Notes: generated by a model not told the origin, from the letters alone. A stretch of 64,000 nt of DNA from Anaerolineae bacterium (GCA_963675785.1 OY776562.1:3072001-3136000); one strand, 5' to 3'; counted from the stretch's first letter, positions 1 to 9,225 are shown. Numbers and translations are program-made.

Positions 1-846
1 AACAAGGAAAAAGGCCGTCTGTATCCCACGGATATAGGTAAGGTTGTGTGTGATGCGCTGGTTGAATCCTTTCCTCGCGAGATGGATTACGGCTATACCG
101 CCGCAATGGAAAATGAGTTGGACCAAGTGGCTGAGGGCAAGCAGAGTTATATCGAGATGCTCAATGCCTTCTGGGGACCATTTTCTGAGACATTAGCTTC
201 TGTTGGTAAGGGACTCAAAGAGGCGATCAGTTCGGCCCTATGGGAGGCCGAAACTGGCCGGGTGTATACAGAACAAATGTGTCCGCGCTGCGGCAAGCCG
301 CTTCAACCCAAGCGCAGCGCCCACGGACTCTTTTTGGGATGCAGCGGCTACCCGGAGTGTGACTATATGGTGGATATGTCTGACCCAAAACATCCCCATG
401 AAGTTCAGGATGAATATGCTACGGGTGAGGTTTGTGAGCTTTGCGGTGGACGAATGAAAATCATTCGTCGGGGGCAACAAGAATTTCTCGGTTGCGAGCA
501 TTACCCCAAATGCAAGAACACAAGACCTGTTGGGGGCTTTAGTCCAGAGATTCGGCTTCTAGCTGCGCAAACGCCTTGCCCAGAATGCGGCCATCAGCCT
601 TTGGAACCCAAGAGCGGACGCTATGGGGAGTATCTATTTTGCCCCTCTTGTAAAAAGAACATCTCGCCCCAAAAGCTGGGACAGGGGAAACAGGCAAAGC
701 AAGAGGTCGATTTGGCCTGTCCGCACTGTTCTGTCAGGCCCCTGGAATTTCACGAGGGTAGGTATGGGCCATACTATCACTGCCCGGCCTGCGGCAAGAA
801 TATCTCACAAAAAGCTATGCCACCTGCCGGACAGTCAGAAGTCTAG
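1..846 (+). CDS. topA: DNA topoisomerase I, C-terminal part (5' truncated by window) with repeated Cys4 zinc ribbons
   Basis: Frame open from base 1 (NKEKGRLYPTDIG...). DYGYTAAMENELDQVAEG matches the TopA core end, followed by CPxCG...GxFLGCSxYPxC zinc-ribbon repeats. Confidence 0.93.
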   Translation, partial: NKEKGRLYPTDIGKVVCDALVESFPREMDYGYTAAMENELDQVAEGKQSYIEMLNAFWGPFSETLASVGKGLKEAISSALWEAETGRVYTEQMCPRCGKPLQPKRSAHGLFLGCSGYPECDYMVDMSDPKHPHEVQDEYATGEVCELCGGRMKIIRRGQQEFLGCEHYPKCKNTRPVGGFSPEIRLLAAQTPCPECGHQPLEPKSGRYGEYLFCPSCKKNISPQKLGQGKQAKQEVDLACPHCSVRPLEFHEGRYGPYYHCPACGKNISQKAMPPAGQSEV

Positions 847-2228
847 AGACCGAGTTGCTGATGTATATAGGGCACGGCTTGTACCACGCGATCTTCGGGA
901 ATAACAAAAGAAACGCTATAGGCAGATGAGGCTTGCCCTAAAGAGATGACGGGTATCTCTAGCGCTGCAAGTGCTGCAAATGCTTTGGGGCCTACATGGC
1001 TATAGACACTATCGGGCATCCCTACAACCGAGACTGTGGCCACTTTTTGTTGAGAGGCGATGCTAGTAACGTGCCCCAGAGCAATTTCCTGCTCGAATTC
1101 GCGTTCTAGCGAATGAACGCTATGAACCTGATCTGATGAGCGAACGACGAGGTTCAGGCTTTGTTCTGAAAAGGATTGGGAGAACATCAACACATCGATG
1201 CTCCGATCGGCAAGGCAGCGTAGCGCCCTTGAGGCCATGTTGAGCGTCCAACCGCGACCATTGCCGTTGATGCCCAGCAGGACGAGGTCCTCGGTAGAGA
1301 TGATGGCCGGATACGCCTGACGGTTGGCATCTGGCGTTTTGCTGATGAGCGTCCCAGGGTCATGGGGTTCAAAGCTGCTCAGGATGCGAAATGGAATATC
1401 TGCCTTGGCCAACGGAGCGACAGTTTTGGGGTGCAATACACTGGCCCCAAAATAGGCCAGCTCTTCCGCTTCTTGATAGGAGAGACAACGTAGGATGTGG
1501 GCATCGGGTACCAGCCGCGGATCAGCTGTCAGAATGCCTTTGACATCCGTCCAAATCAACACCTCGTCGGCATCGAGGCTGGCACCAAGAATGGCCGCAG
1601 AATAGTCACTACCACCTCTGCCAAGAGTGGTGGTGATACCAGCTTCAGTTGCGCCAATAAAGCCAGTGACGACAGCTACATTCCCGCCGGCCACGATGGG
1701 CAGCAGCGTATCGCGTGCGAGCTGTCGGGTAATCTCCATATCAGGGATTGCCTCACCGAATTCATTATCTGTGCGAATGCATTGGGTAGCGCTAACGGCC
1801 TGTGCAGAGATGTTTCGCGAAGCAAGCACGGCTGCCAGAATGCAGGCTGACATGCGCTCTCCCAATGAAGCGACGGCATCACTTCCCCGTCGGGTCAACT
1901 CTCCGAGTGTTTCAATGCTCTCGCAAAGGCGACCGTATTCTACCAGGCGATCCTGAACGGCTTGAGTTACCTCAGCGGCATGTTGCTCTGAGATCAGGGT
2001 ATCGATGACCGCCATGTGCTTTTCTAGTAGCTCGTACTGGATTCGTTCCCACACTTTGTTGCCTTGTGCCGCATCACGGGCCCCTTTTAGCAGGGCATTC
2101 GTGGTGCCGCTCATGGCGGAGACCACCACAACGCGCTCTGGGTCCGGGTTGTTCTCTATGATATCGGCGGTTGCTGCAAAGCGCTCTGCAGAACCAACCG
2201 ACGTCCCCCCGAATTTATGTACAATCAT
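843..2228 (-). CDS. lysC: Aspartate kinase with C-terminal ACT domains
   Basis: HKFGGTSVG, VVSAMSGTTN, TTLGRGGSDYSA, WTDVKGILTADP motifs. Confidence 0.92.
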   Translation of the reverse strand: MIVHKFGGTSVGSAERFAATADIIENNPDPERVVVVSAMSGTTNALLKGARDAAQGNKVWERIQYELLEKHMAVIDTLISEQHAAEVTQAVQDRLVEYGRLCESIETLGELTRRGSDAVASLGERMSACILAAVLASRNISAQAVSATQCIRTDNEFGEAIPDMEITRQLARDTLLPIVAGGNVAVVTGFIGATEAGITTTLGRGGSDYSAAILGASLDADEVLIWTDVKGILTADPRLVPDAHILRCLSYQEAEELAYFGASVLHPKTVAPLAKADIPFRILSSFEPHDPGTLISKTPDANRQAYPAIISTEDLVLLGINGNGRGWTLNMASRALRCLADRSIDVLMFSQSFSEQSLNLVVRSSDQVHSVHSLEREFEQEIALGHVTSIASQQKVATVSVVGMPDSVYSHVGPKAFAALAALEIPVISLGQASSAYSVSFVIPEDRVVQAVPYIHQQLGL

Positions 2229-2237
2229 AATCTACTC

Positions 2238-3422
2238 CTAGATAGCCGTCAGGGCCTGCGCGATGTCGGCAATGAGATCTTTTGTCGCTTCGATACCGGC
2301 TGCGTAGCGAACGAGCTCGTCGGTGATACCCAAACACTGCCTTTCGTCTGCAGAAAGGCCAAAATGAGACATGAGTGCTGGCTGTTCGACGATGCTTTCT
2401 ACGCCGCCCAGGCTTGGTCCAATATAGGGGATTTGCAGCGCGTCGATAAAGCGTCTGGCACCAGCGGCATCTGTATCCAGTTCAAAGCTTACGACACCAC
2501 CAAAACCCGTCATGATTCTGGATGCCGTTTCATAATCGGGATGGGAAGTGAGACCTGGGTACCATACTTGCTTGATGTGATCATGCCCCTCAAGGAATTC
2601 GGCCAGAGCCTGCCCACTTTTGTTCTGGCGTTCGATCCTGAGCGCCAATGTTTTGAGACCACGCAGTAACAGAAAAGTGTTATGTGGATCAGGTATGGCC
2701 CCCATCATGGCTTGCAGTTCCCGTATCTGGTCGATGGTTTCTTTTTGGCCAATGACCACACCGGAGAGCAGGTCGTTGTGTCCGCCCAGATATTTGGTGG
2801 CGCTGTGAATAACCAAATCAATACCTAGGCTGATGGGCTGAATATTAAAGGGTGTGCCAAAGGTGGTATCAACGATGCTCAAAAGATTATGGGCATGCGC
2901 GATAGCAGTCAGCGCCTGGAGGTCAACCACACGCAAGAAAGGATTAGTAGGTGATTCCGTGAAAATGAGCTTGGTATTGGGGCGGATAGCTGCTTCCAGT
3001 GTTTGCGGCTCATCGATAGGGACGATGGTACATTCTATGCCCATGCGAGCAGCAAAAGTCTGGGAAAACTGACGTGTTCTCCGGTAGCAATCATCAGTAA
3101 CGATATAGTGATCACCGGCAGATAAAAAGGTGAGCAGCGTGCCGGTGATGGCGGCCATACCTGAAGCCAGTAAAAGGGCATCTTCAGCGCCTTCGAGTAT
3201 GGCCAGACGCTGTTCAGCCACACTTTGCGCAGGATTACCGTATCTACCATATTCGCCATGGGCCGGTTTGCGGCCTGCCTGTTTGTCTTCCATAAAGGCA
3301 ATCAAGTCGGCTGTATCAGTAAAGGCATAGGTTGAAGTTTGTACGATAGGCATTGACAGAGCGCCGTATGGCTTCTTTTTTTCCTCACCTGCATGAACGG
3401 TGAGCGTGTCCAGGTTATGCAT
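2238..3422 (-). CDS. metB: Cys/Met metabolism PLP enzyme (cystathionine gamma-synthase-like)
   Basis: YGRYGNP, ESPTNP, HSATKYLGGHND (PLP Lys), SLGGVES. Start moved to ATG 3422 behind GGAGG RBS. Lies under a SAM-I riboswitch. Confidence 0.8.
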   Translation of the reverse strand: MHNLDTLTVHAGEEKKKPYGALSMPIVQTSTYAFTDTADLIAFMEDKQAGRKPAHGEYGRYGNPAQSVAEQRLAILEGAEDALLLASGMAAITGTLLTFLSAGDHYIVTDDCYRRTRQFSQTFAARMGIECTIVPIDEPQTLEAAIRPNTKLIFTESPTNPFLRVVDLQALTAIAHAHNLLSIVDTTFGTPFNIQPISLGIDLVIHSATKYLGGHNDLLSGVVIGQKETIDQIRELQAMMGAIPDPHNTFLLLRGLKTLALRIERQNKSGQALAEFLEGHDHIKQVWYPGLTSHPDYETASRIMTGFGGVVSFELDTDAAGARRFIDALQIPYIGPSLGGVESIVEQPALMSHFGLSADERQCLGITDELVRYAAGIEATKDLIADIAQALTAI

Positions 3423-3435
3423 AGTGCCTCCCAAT

Positions 3436-3482
3436 AACAAAAAGGGCATCACAGCGCTTATCCAGTGCTGAGATGCCCTTTT
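3436..3482 (-). terminator. Second hairpin/U-tract in the met leader
   Basis: AAAAGGGCATC-T-CAGCACT-GGATA-AGCGCTG-T-GATGCCCTTTTTGTT on the minus strand. Confidence 0.7.
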
Positions 3483-3519
3483 AAACAAACAAACGGGCTC
3501 GCTCATAGAGGGGCCCGTT
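3483..3519 (-). terminator. SAM-I expression-platform terminator
   Basis: AACGGGCCCCTCTATGAGCGAGCCCGTT followed by TGTTTGTTT directly after the aptamer. Confidence 0.75.
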
Positions 3520-3530
3520 ATGGGTATGTC

Positions 3531-3641
3531 CTCTCATCTTCCAGTCGTAAAAACGACTGCCGGAATTGGCACCTTGGGTAACGGAACGTACAGGTTGCCG
3601 AGGCTTCACAGGGCCGGTCCCTCTGCCTCTCTGGATAAGAG
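3531..3641 (-). ncRNA. SAM-I (S-box) riboswitch
   Basis: Minus strand CTCTTATCCAGAGAGGCAGAGGGACCGGCCCTGTGAAGCCTCGGCAACC...GGTGCCAATTCC...GGAAGATGAGAG fits the SAM-I consensus and lies upstream of Met biosynthesis genes. Confidence 0.97.
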
Positions 3642-3665
3642 CAAGTAGCCTATTCAATTGAGTCG

Positions 3666-3694
3666 AGTCTATCATTAGGAGAATGTTCTGTCAA
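3666..3694 (-). promoter_or_regulatory. Sigma70 promoter of the met operon
   Basis: TTGACA-17 nt-TAGACT with extended -10 TG, about 25 nt upstream of the riboswitch. Confidence 0.75.
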
Positions 3695-3736
3695 GCACAG
3701 TGAAATCACAAGGACAATAGCTGCCCATGCCATAAT

Positions 3737-3807
3737 TTGACCTGTCAAATGTCTGTGGTATACTTGCTTCCTGCCTGACTTGACCATGTTGGGCGTCCGG
3801 TTATAAT
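3737..3807 (+). promoter_or_regulatory. Tandem sigma70 promoters of the tRNA-tuf operon
   Basis: TTGACC(3737)-16-TATACT(3759) with TGn, and TTGACC(3780)-16-TATAAT(3802). Confidence 0.6.
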
Positions 3808-3822
3808 GAGTGTTGGTAGCAT

Positions 3823-3895
3823 GCCGACGTAGCTCAATCGGCAGAGCAGCGGTTTTGTAAACCGCAGGTTGTGGGTTCAATTCCCCCCGTCGGCT
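3823..3895 (+). tRNA. tRNA-Thr(TGT)
   Basis: Cloverleaf GCCGACG...CGTCGGC, anticodon arm GCGGT-TT TGT AA-ACCGC, GGTTCAATTCC T-loop. Confidence 0.97.
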
Positions 3896-3956
3896 CTGGA
3901 ACCCATAGCGGTTCTACCAACTGCTGTCGGGCGTCTGGTTCAGGCGGCTAAAATGT

Positions 3957-4038
3957 GGGCAGGTACCCTAGCGGCCAAAGGGGACTGACTGTAAATCAGT
4001 TGGCTACGCCTTCGGAGGTTCGAATCCTTCCCTGCCCA
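3957..4038 (+). tRNA. tRNA-Tyr(GTA)
   Basis: GGGCAGG...CCTGCCC acceptor, anticodon CT GTA AA, long variable arm, GGTTCGAATCC. Confidence 0.97.
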
Positions 4039-4078
4039 CCTTTGTCTGTAGGCCATGTTTTGCAGTGGCCTGGCAGGT

Positions 4079-4154
4079 GCCCACGTAGCTCAGTCGGTAG
4101 AGCACGTTCTTGGTAAGAACGGGGTCACAGGTTCAAATCCCGTCGTGGGCTCCA
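4079..4154 (+). tRNA. tRNA-Thr(GGT)
   Basis: GCCCACG...CGTGGGC-TCCA, anticodon arm CGTTC-TT GGT AA-GAACG. Confidence 0.97.
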
Positions 4155-4216
4155 TTTTTTTGGGTTGAGGCGAATTAGATCCTCAAAGTGCTGGTTTTTA
4201 AGGAGGGTTCTCTAGG

Positions 4217-5419
4217 ATGGCGAAGCAGGTATTCGAGCGTACCAAGCCACACGTAAACATTGGTACGATTGGGCACGTAGACCATGGGAAGACATCACTG
4301 ACAGCGGCGATCACCAAAGTATTGGCGATGAAGGGTGATGCCAAGTTTCAAGCGTATGATCAAATCGACAACGCGCCGGAAGAAAAAGCGCGAGGACTGA
4401 CGATAGCGATTTCGCACGTTGAGTACGAGACAGACAATCGTCATTATGCGCACGTAGACTGCCCGGGTCACGCGGACTATATCAAGAACATGATTACGGG
4501 TGCGGCGCAGATGGACGGAGCGATTCTGGTAGTAAGTGCGCCAGACGGGCCGATGCCACAGACGCGGGAGCACATCTTGCTGGCGAGGCAGGTAGAAGTG
4601 CCGGCGATGGTGGTGTTCTTGAACAAGTGCGACATGATGGATGACGAAGAGTTGTTGGAACTGGTAGAGCTGGAGCTGCGCGAGCTGCTGACGGACTATG
4701 AGTTTCCTGGCGACGACATTCCTATCATTCGCGGGTCAGCGCTGGATGTATTGGAGTGCGAGTCGACAGATATCAACGATCCGATCTATGCGCCGATCTT
4801 GGAGCTGATGGATGCAGTAGACAGCTACATACCGACGCCGGTGCGAGAAGTCGATCGTCCGTTCCTGATGCCGATTGAGGACGTATTTGGGATCAAGGGA
4901 CGCGGCACGGTAGTGACGGGTCGAATTGATCGCGGCATGGTAAAGACTGGTGACACAGTCGAGATCGTGGGTTTGCGAGAAGACATACGTCAGACAGTAG
5001 TGACGGGTGTAGAGATGTTCCGCAAGACACTGCAGCAGGGGCAGGCAGGAGACAACGTAGGTTGTTTGCTGCGCGGCATAGATCGAGAGCAGGTAGAGCG
5101 CGGGCAGGTACTGGCAGCGCCCAAGTCGATCACACCGCATACGACGTTTCGTGGTGAAGTATACGTATTGAAGAAGGAAGAAGGCGGGCGTCACACGCCG
5201 TTCTTTGATGGATATCGTCCGCAGTTCTTTATTCGGACGATGGACGTAACGGGTGAAGTGCGGTTGGACGAAGGCGTAGAGATGGTAATGCCGGGGGACA
5301 ATGCGAACCTGACAGTAGAGTTGATCACGCCGGTGGCGCTGGAGATAGGCTCGCACTTTGCGATTCGAGAGGGCGGCCGCACAGTGGGTTCGGGCGTTCT
5401 CACCAAGATCATCGAGTAA
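4217..5419 (+). CDS. tuf: Elongation factor Tu
   Basis: [27 protein letters not shown] motifs; 400 aa. Confidence 0.99.
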   Translation: MAKQVFERTKPHVNIGTIGHVDHGKTSLTAAITKVLAMKGDAKFQAYDQIDNAPEEKARGLTIAISHVEYETDNRHYAHVDCPGHADYIKNMITGAAQMDGAILVVSAPDGPMPQTREHILLARQVEVPAMVVFLNKCDMMDDEELLELVELELRELLTDYEFPGDDIPIIRGSALDVLECESTDINDPIYAPILELMDAVDSYIPTPVREVDRPFLMPIEDVFGIKGRGTVVTGRIDRGMVKTGDTVEIVGLREDIRQTVVTGVEMFRKTLQQGQAGDNVGCLLRGIDREQVERGQVLAAPKSITPHTTFRGEVYVLKKEEGGRHTPFFDGYRPQFFIRTMDVTGEVRLDEGVEMVMPGDNANLTVELITPVALEIGSHFAIREGGRTVGSGVLTKIIE

Positions 5420-5427
5420 GGTGAATC

Positions 5428-5592
5428 ATGGCCAAAAAGGCGAACCGTCTCGTGGTAACATTGGCCTGCACAGAGTGCAAGTCTAGGAACTATACGACTG
5501 AGAAGAACCGCAAGAACGATGCGGGTCGTATGGAATTGTTGAAATACTGCCCCAAGTGCCGTAAGCACACAGAGCACCGAGAGCAGCGTTAA
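5428..5592 (+). CDS. rpmG: 50S ribosomal protein L33 (Zn-binding, 54 aa; absent from the ORF track)
   Basis: Manual translation [54 protein letters not shown]; canonical position after tuf. Confidence 0.97.
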   Translation: MAKKANRLVVTLACTECKSRNYTTEKNRKNDAGRMELLKYCPKCRKHTEHREQR

Positions 5593-5622
5593 GTCGAGAT
5601 TCTGAGTATCGAGTCTCTTTGC

Positions 5623-5695
5623 AGGCGAGTAGCTCAATTGGCAGAGCAACGGTCTCCAAAACCGTAGGTTGCGGGTTCGATTCCTGCCTCGCCTG
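5623..5695 (+). tRNA. tRNA-Trp(CCA)
   Basis: AGGCGAG...CTCGCCT, anticodon arm ACGGT-CT CCA AA-ACCGT; between rpmG and secE. Confidence 0.97.
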
Positions 5696-5809
5696 CCTCT
5701 TAATCTATCGGCACCGTTCCTGCTTACGCTAATAGTAGGGTACGGTGTCTTGGTTTGCAGCAAGCTTCCCAGTCTTGCTGATTCGCGTTTAGGACCTGGG
5801 AGTAAGCCG

Positions 5810-6028
5810 ATGGCCAAGCAAGAAGCACAAAAAGTAAAAAAGCAGAATGCGATTGTGCGCTATTTCCGTGAAGTACGCGCCGAAGTTCGCAAGGTGGTCT
5901 GGCCAAGCTGGCAGACGGCTCGTAACCTTAGCTTGATTGTTTTTGGTGTTACTGCGGTGATGAGTGGTCTGTTGGGTGTTGCTGACTGGATCTTTACCAA
6001 AGTGTTTGCCTTGTTTATCCAGGGCTAA
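5810..6028 (+). CDS. secE: Preprotein translocase subunit SecE
   Basis: YFREVRAEVRKVVWPS plus one TM helix; ATG 5810 behind GGGAG. Confidence 0.95.
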   Translation: MAKQEAQKVKKQNAIVRYFREVRAEVRKVVWPSWQTARNLSLIVFGVTAVMSGLLGVADWIFTKVFALFIQG

Positions 6029-6059
6029 TTACTGGCTGTCTCTCAAGAGAGGATTCGTC

Positions 6060-6686
6060 ATGGCTGAAGAAGACCGTGACCTTAACGAGGCCCTCCAAGA
6101 GGAGGACTCGACAATCGAAGAGACTGAGGGTCAGGTCGACAAAGAGCCGTCGGTAGATACCTCTGGTTCAGAGTGGTATGTGATTCACAGCTACTCTGGA
6201 TATGAGAATAAGGTCCAGCGCAATCTTCAACAGCGCATTGAGACCATGGGTATGCAGGGCAAGATCTTTCGTGTTGTCGTACCCACAGAGGATCAAGTAG
6301 AGATGCGCGATGGCCAGCGCCGTACAATCAAGCGGCGCGTGTTTCCTGGCTATGTGCTGGTGCAGATGCTTCTTGATGAGGAATCGTGGTACGTTGTGCG
6401 CAATACCCCTGGTGTTACGGGCTTTGTTGGAAATGGCACAACACCACTCCCTCTTTCTGCAGAAGAGGCTGAGGCTATTCTTGGGCGAATGGATGCTGAA
6501 AAGCCTCGTATCAAGATTAGCTTCCGAGTTGGCGAGACGGTTCGTATCACTGAAGGGCCCTTTGCTGATTTTATGGCCGTGGTAGATGAGTTGTATCCGG
6601 ATCGCGGCAAGGTGCGTGTGTTGGTTTCGTTCTTTGGGCGCGAAACACCTGTGGAAATGGACTTTTTGCAGGTGGAGCGAATATAG
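6060..6686 (+). CDS. nusG: Transcription termination/antitermination factor NusG
   Basis: WYVIHSYSGYENKV, FPGYVLV, VRNTPGVTGFVG, KOW ending FGRETPVE. Confidence 0.98.
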   Translation: MAEEDRDLNEALQEEDSTIEETEGQVDKEPSVDTSGSEWYVIHSYSGYENKVQRNLQQRIETMGMQGKIFRVVVPTEDQVEMRDGQRRTIKRRVFPGYVLVQMLLDEESWYVVRNTPGVTGFVGNGTTPLPLSAEEAEAILGRMDAEKPRIKISFRVGETVRITEGPFADFMAVVDELYPDRGKVRVLVSFFGRETPVEMDFLQVERI

Positions 6687-6737
6687 TGGGCCGCTCTCCG
6701 GCTGAGCTGTCGGTCCAAAGGGAAGAGGTATCATAAG

Positions 6738-7163
6738 ATGGCGAAAAAAGTAGCTGCGATCATCAAGCTGCAAATTCCGGCCGGTAAGGCAAGCCCTGCA
6801 CCTCCTGTGGGCCCTGCTCTTGGCCAGCATGGCGTTAATATCATGCAGTTTGTCAAAGAGTATAATGCTCGCACAGCGAACGATGTGGGAACTATTATCC
6901 CTGTCGAAATCACGGTGTATGCTGATCGCTCTTTCAGTTTTGTCACCAAGACCCCCCCGGCGAAGGATCTGCTGCTCAAAGCAGCTGGTCTGCCCAAGGG
7001 TTCTGGTCGACCCAACACTGAAAAGGTGGGTAAGATCACGCGGGCCCAGGTTCGCGAGATTGCTCAGCTCAAAATGAAGGACCTCAACGCAGTCGATATC
7101 GAAGGCGCAATGCTGCAGATTGAAGGTAGCGCTCGTAGCGCCGGCATTATCGTCGAGGACTAG
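6738..7163 (+). CDS. rplK: 50S ribosomal protein L11
   Basis: [22 protein letters not shown]. Confidence 0.99.
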   Translation: MAKKVAAIIKLQIPAGKASPAPPVGPALGQHGVNIMQFVKEYNARTANDVGTIIPVEITVYADRSFSFVTKTPPAKDLLLKAAGLPKGSGRPNTEKVGKITRAQVREIAQLKMKDLNAVDIEGAMLQIEGSARSAGIIVED

Positions 7164-7173
7164 TTGTTAGCAT

Positions 7174-7203
7174 GTGGGAGGGCCCAGGGCCCGCGAATAC
7201 CAC
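7174..7203 (+). promoter_or_regulatory. Putative L1 autoregulatory mRNA site
   Basis: GTGG-GAG-GGCCCAGGGCCC-GCGAATA-CCAC: helix/asymmetric loop resembling the L1 site of 23S rRNA, directly before the rplA RBS. Confidence 0.65.
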
Positions 7204-7215
7204 AAGGAGAAAATA

Positions 7216-7920
7216 ATGGCCAAGCACGGTAAAAAGTACAATGCGGTCGCTCCTAAAGTCGACCGGCTCAAGAACTATGAACCTGCCGAGGCGGTTGCTT
7301 TGGTGAAAGAGTGCGCGTTTGCTCAATTCAACGAGTCTATTGATGTGCACATGAACACCAACATCGATCCTCGTCAGGCTGACCAGTTGATTCGCGGTAC
7401 GGTATCCCTTCCTGCTGGAACGGGCAAAGTAGTGCGCATCCTGGCCTTTTGTGAAGGTGATGCGGCTCGTATTGCTGAGGAAGCTGGTGCAGATTATGTC
7501 GGCATCGACGAGTATCTGCAAAAGATCCAGGACGGCTGGTTCGAGTTCGATGTCGTTATCGCTGTTCCGCAGGCGATGGGCAAGATCGGGCGCCTTGGTC
7601 GGGTTTTGGGCCCTCGTGGCTTGATGCCGACTCCCAAGGCTGGCACGGTTGTTCAAGAGGACAACATTGCGGATACGATTCAGCAGTTGCGTCAGGGTCG
7701 TGTAGAGTACCGTGTCGACCGCACTGGCAACCTGCATATCCCTGTAGGACGTTCTGCCTTTACTGAAGAGCAATTGATGGATAACCTCACTGCTGTGATG
7801 CGGGCAGTCGTTGCTGCTCGTCCTGCAAGTGTGAAGGGTAACTATATTAAGCGGCTCACGATCACCTCGACGATGGGCCCTGGTATTCGTATAGATATTG
7901 CCGCAGCTTCTGCTCTCTAA
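7216..7920 (+). CDS. rplA: 50S ribosomal protein L1
   Basis: MAKHGKKY..., LGRVLGPRGLMPTPKAGTV, STMGPGI; ATG 7216 behind AAGGAG. Confidence 0.98.
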   Translation: MAKHGKKYNAVAPKVDRLKNYEPAEAVALVKECAFAQFNESIDVHMNTNIDPRQADQLIRGTVSLPAGTGKVVRILAFCEGDAARIAEEAGADYVGIDEYLQKIQDGWFEFDVVIAVPQAMGKIGRLGRVLGPRGLMPTPKAGTVVQEDNIADTIQQLRQGRVEYRVDRTGNLHIPVGRSAFTEEQLMDNLTAVMRAVVAARPASVKGNYIKRLTITSTMGPGIRIDIAAASAL

Positions 7921-7957
7921 TAATCGATATTCTGAATTGGCCTTTTGGCCAAGAGTC

Positions 7958-8030
7958 TGTCGCTCTAGACAGCAGGTGCGCGTAATTCGCGCTTAAACGG
8001 TTCGCCGGCCCGCCGAAGCGTAAGACTAGA
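7958..8030 (+). promoter_or_regulatory. L10 leader (rplJL autoregulatory RNA)
   Basis: TAGACAGCAGGTGCGCG-TAATT-CGCGCTTAAA...CCCGCCGAAG resembles the L10_leader consensus; upstream of rplJ. Confidence 0.75.
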
Positions 8031-8102
8031 TACAGTTGAACTGTTTCTAGGTCTTTGCATCGGTGAGGTGCAAAGACCTTTTTCTTTTGGGAGGTGACGG
8101 AT

Positions 8103-8633
8103 TTGGCTATAACTCGTAGCAAGAAGCAAGAGTTGCTCGATTCTTATTCCGAGCGACTCGGGCGCGCAAGCGTGATGATCTGGACAGAGAACAAAGGTAT
8201 CTCTGTTCCCAGGATTCAGGCGTTGCGCAGCGAGCTTCGGCAGACGAGTGCGGAAGCAGTTGTCGTCAAGAATACCTTGATGAGGCTTGCCTTGGAAAAG
8301 GCAGGACTTCCGTACGATGAAGAGATGATGTCGGGTGCGTCCATTGTGACGTTTATTTATGATGACATCGCTCCGGCTGCCAAAGCAGTGTCCACTTTTG
8401 CTTCCAAAGCCGACAAGTTGGCTATCAAAGGTGGATTGGTGGATGGCAAACTCATCGGAGTGGACCAGGTTGATGAGTTGACCCGGCTGCCGTCTCGCGA
8501 GGAGCTTTTGTCTCGTGTGGTGGGTGGCATGCAGGCCCCGATCAGTGGTCTGGTTGGCACACTAGCCGCAGTTGTGCGCGGTGTGGTGAACGTGCTCGAT
8601 GCACGTCGCAAGCAGCTTGAAGAAGCTGCCTAA
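8103..8633 (+). CDS. rplJ: 50S ribosomal protein L10
   Basis: VVKNTL, LPSREELL; TTG start 8103 correctly spaced from GGAGGTG. Confidence 0.96.
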   Translation: MAITRSKKQELLDSYSERLGRASVMIWTENKGISVPRIQALRSELRQTSAEAVVVKNTLMRLALEKAGLPYDEEMMSGASIVTFIYDDIAPAAKAVSTFASKADKLAIKGGLVDGKLIGVDQVDELTRLPSREELLSRVVGGMQAPISGLVGTLAAVVRGVVNVLDARRKQLEEAA

Positions 8634-8684
8634 TTAATTTCAGCAGAAATTCCCAATTCAAGGGTAACAACACGGAGGATCACA

Positions 8685-9059
8685 GTGTCTAGAGAAGAGA
8701 TTATTGAAACCATCAGCAGCATGACCGTCCTTGAGCTCTCTGAGCTTGTCAAGGCTCTTGAGGAAAAGTTCGGCGTTAGCGCTGCTGCTCCGGTGGCTGT
8801 CGCTGCCGCTGCTGGCCCCGCTGCAGCTGTTGAAGAGGAAGAAGAGCAGACCGAGTTCACTGTCATGCTCACCGAAGTCGGCGATCAAAAGGTTCAGGTC
8901 ATCAAGGTTGTGCGTGAGCTGACTAGCCTGGGTCTTCGCGAAGCCAAGGCTGCTGTTGACGAGGCCCCTTCTGCAGTTCTTGAGAACGTGAACAAGGACG
9001 ACGCCGCTGCCGCCAAGGAAAAGCTCGAGGCCGTGGGCGCCAAGGTTACCATCAAGTAA
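8685..9059 (+). CDS. rplL: 50S ribosomal protein L7/L12
   Basis: [27 protein letters not shown]; GTG start behind GGAGG. Confidence 0.98.
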   Translation: MSREEIIETISSMTVLELSELVKALEEKFGVSAAAPVAVAAAAGPAAAVEEEEEQTEFTVMLTEVGDQKVQVIKVVRELTSLGLREAKAAVDEAPSAVLENVNKDDAAAAKEKLEAVGAKVTIK

Positions 9060-9067
9060 CTTGGTCG

Positions 9068-9104
9068 AAAAGGGGAACCGCTTAGCGGTTCCCCTTTTTT
9101 GTTT
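9068..9104 (+). terminator. Intrinsic terminator after rplL
   Basis: AAAAGGGGAACCGC-TTA-GCGGTTCCCCTTTTTT. Confidence 0.9.
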
Positions 9105-9117
9105 AGCATATAGATAA

Positions 9118-9145
9118 CAAAAAACTCGCCGCATGCGGCGAGTTT
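9118..9145 (-). terminator. Terminator of tRNA-Val
   Basis: AAACTCGCCGC-AT-GCGGCGAGTTT palindrome with a U-tract on the minus strand. Confidence 0.7.
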
Positions 9146-9151
9146 ATGCTG

Positions 9152-9225
9152 TGGGCAGGATAGGACTCGAACCTACGGCCTCCACGATGTCAACGTGGCG
9201 CTCTAACCAGCTGGGCTACCTGCCC
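9152..9225 (-). tRNA. tRNA-Val(GAC)
   Basis: Minus strand GGGCAGGTAGCCCAGCTGGTTAGAGCG CCACG-TT GAC AT-CGTGG ...GGTTCGAGTCC TATCCTGCCCA; TTGCAA-16-TATAAT promoter at 9237-9264. Confidence 0.96.

Noticed and set aside
3481-3880. Short ORFs 3481-3675 and 3650-3880
   Set aside because: They overlap the SAM-I riboswitch, promoters and tRNA-Thr.
4295-8122. Long antisense ORFs over tuf, nusG, rplK, rplA (e.g. 4736-5356, 6168-6830, 7147-7773)
   Set aside because: Shadow frames of conserved genes with no RBS or recognisable motifs.
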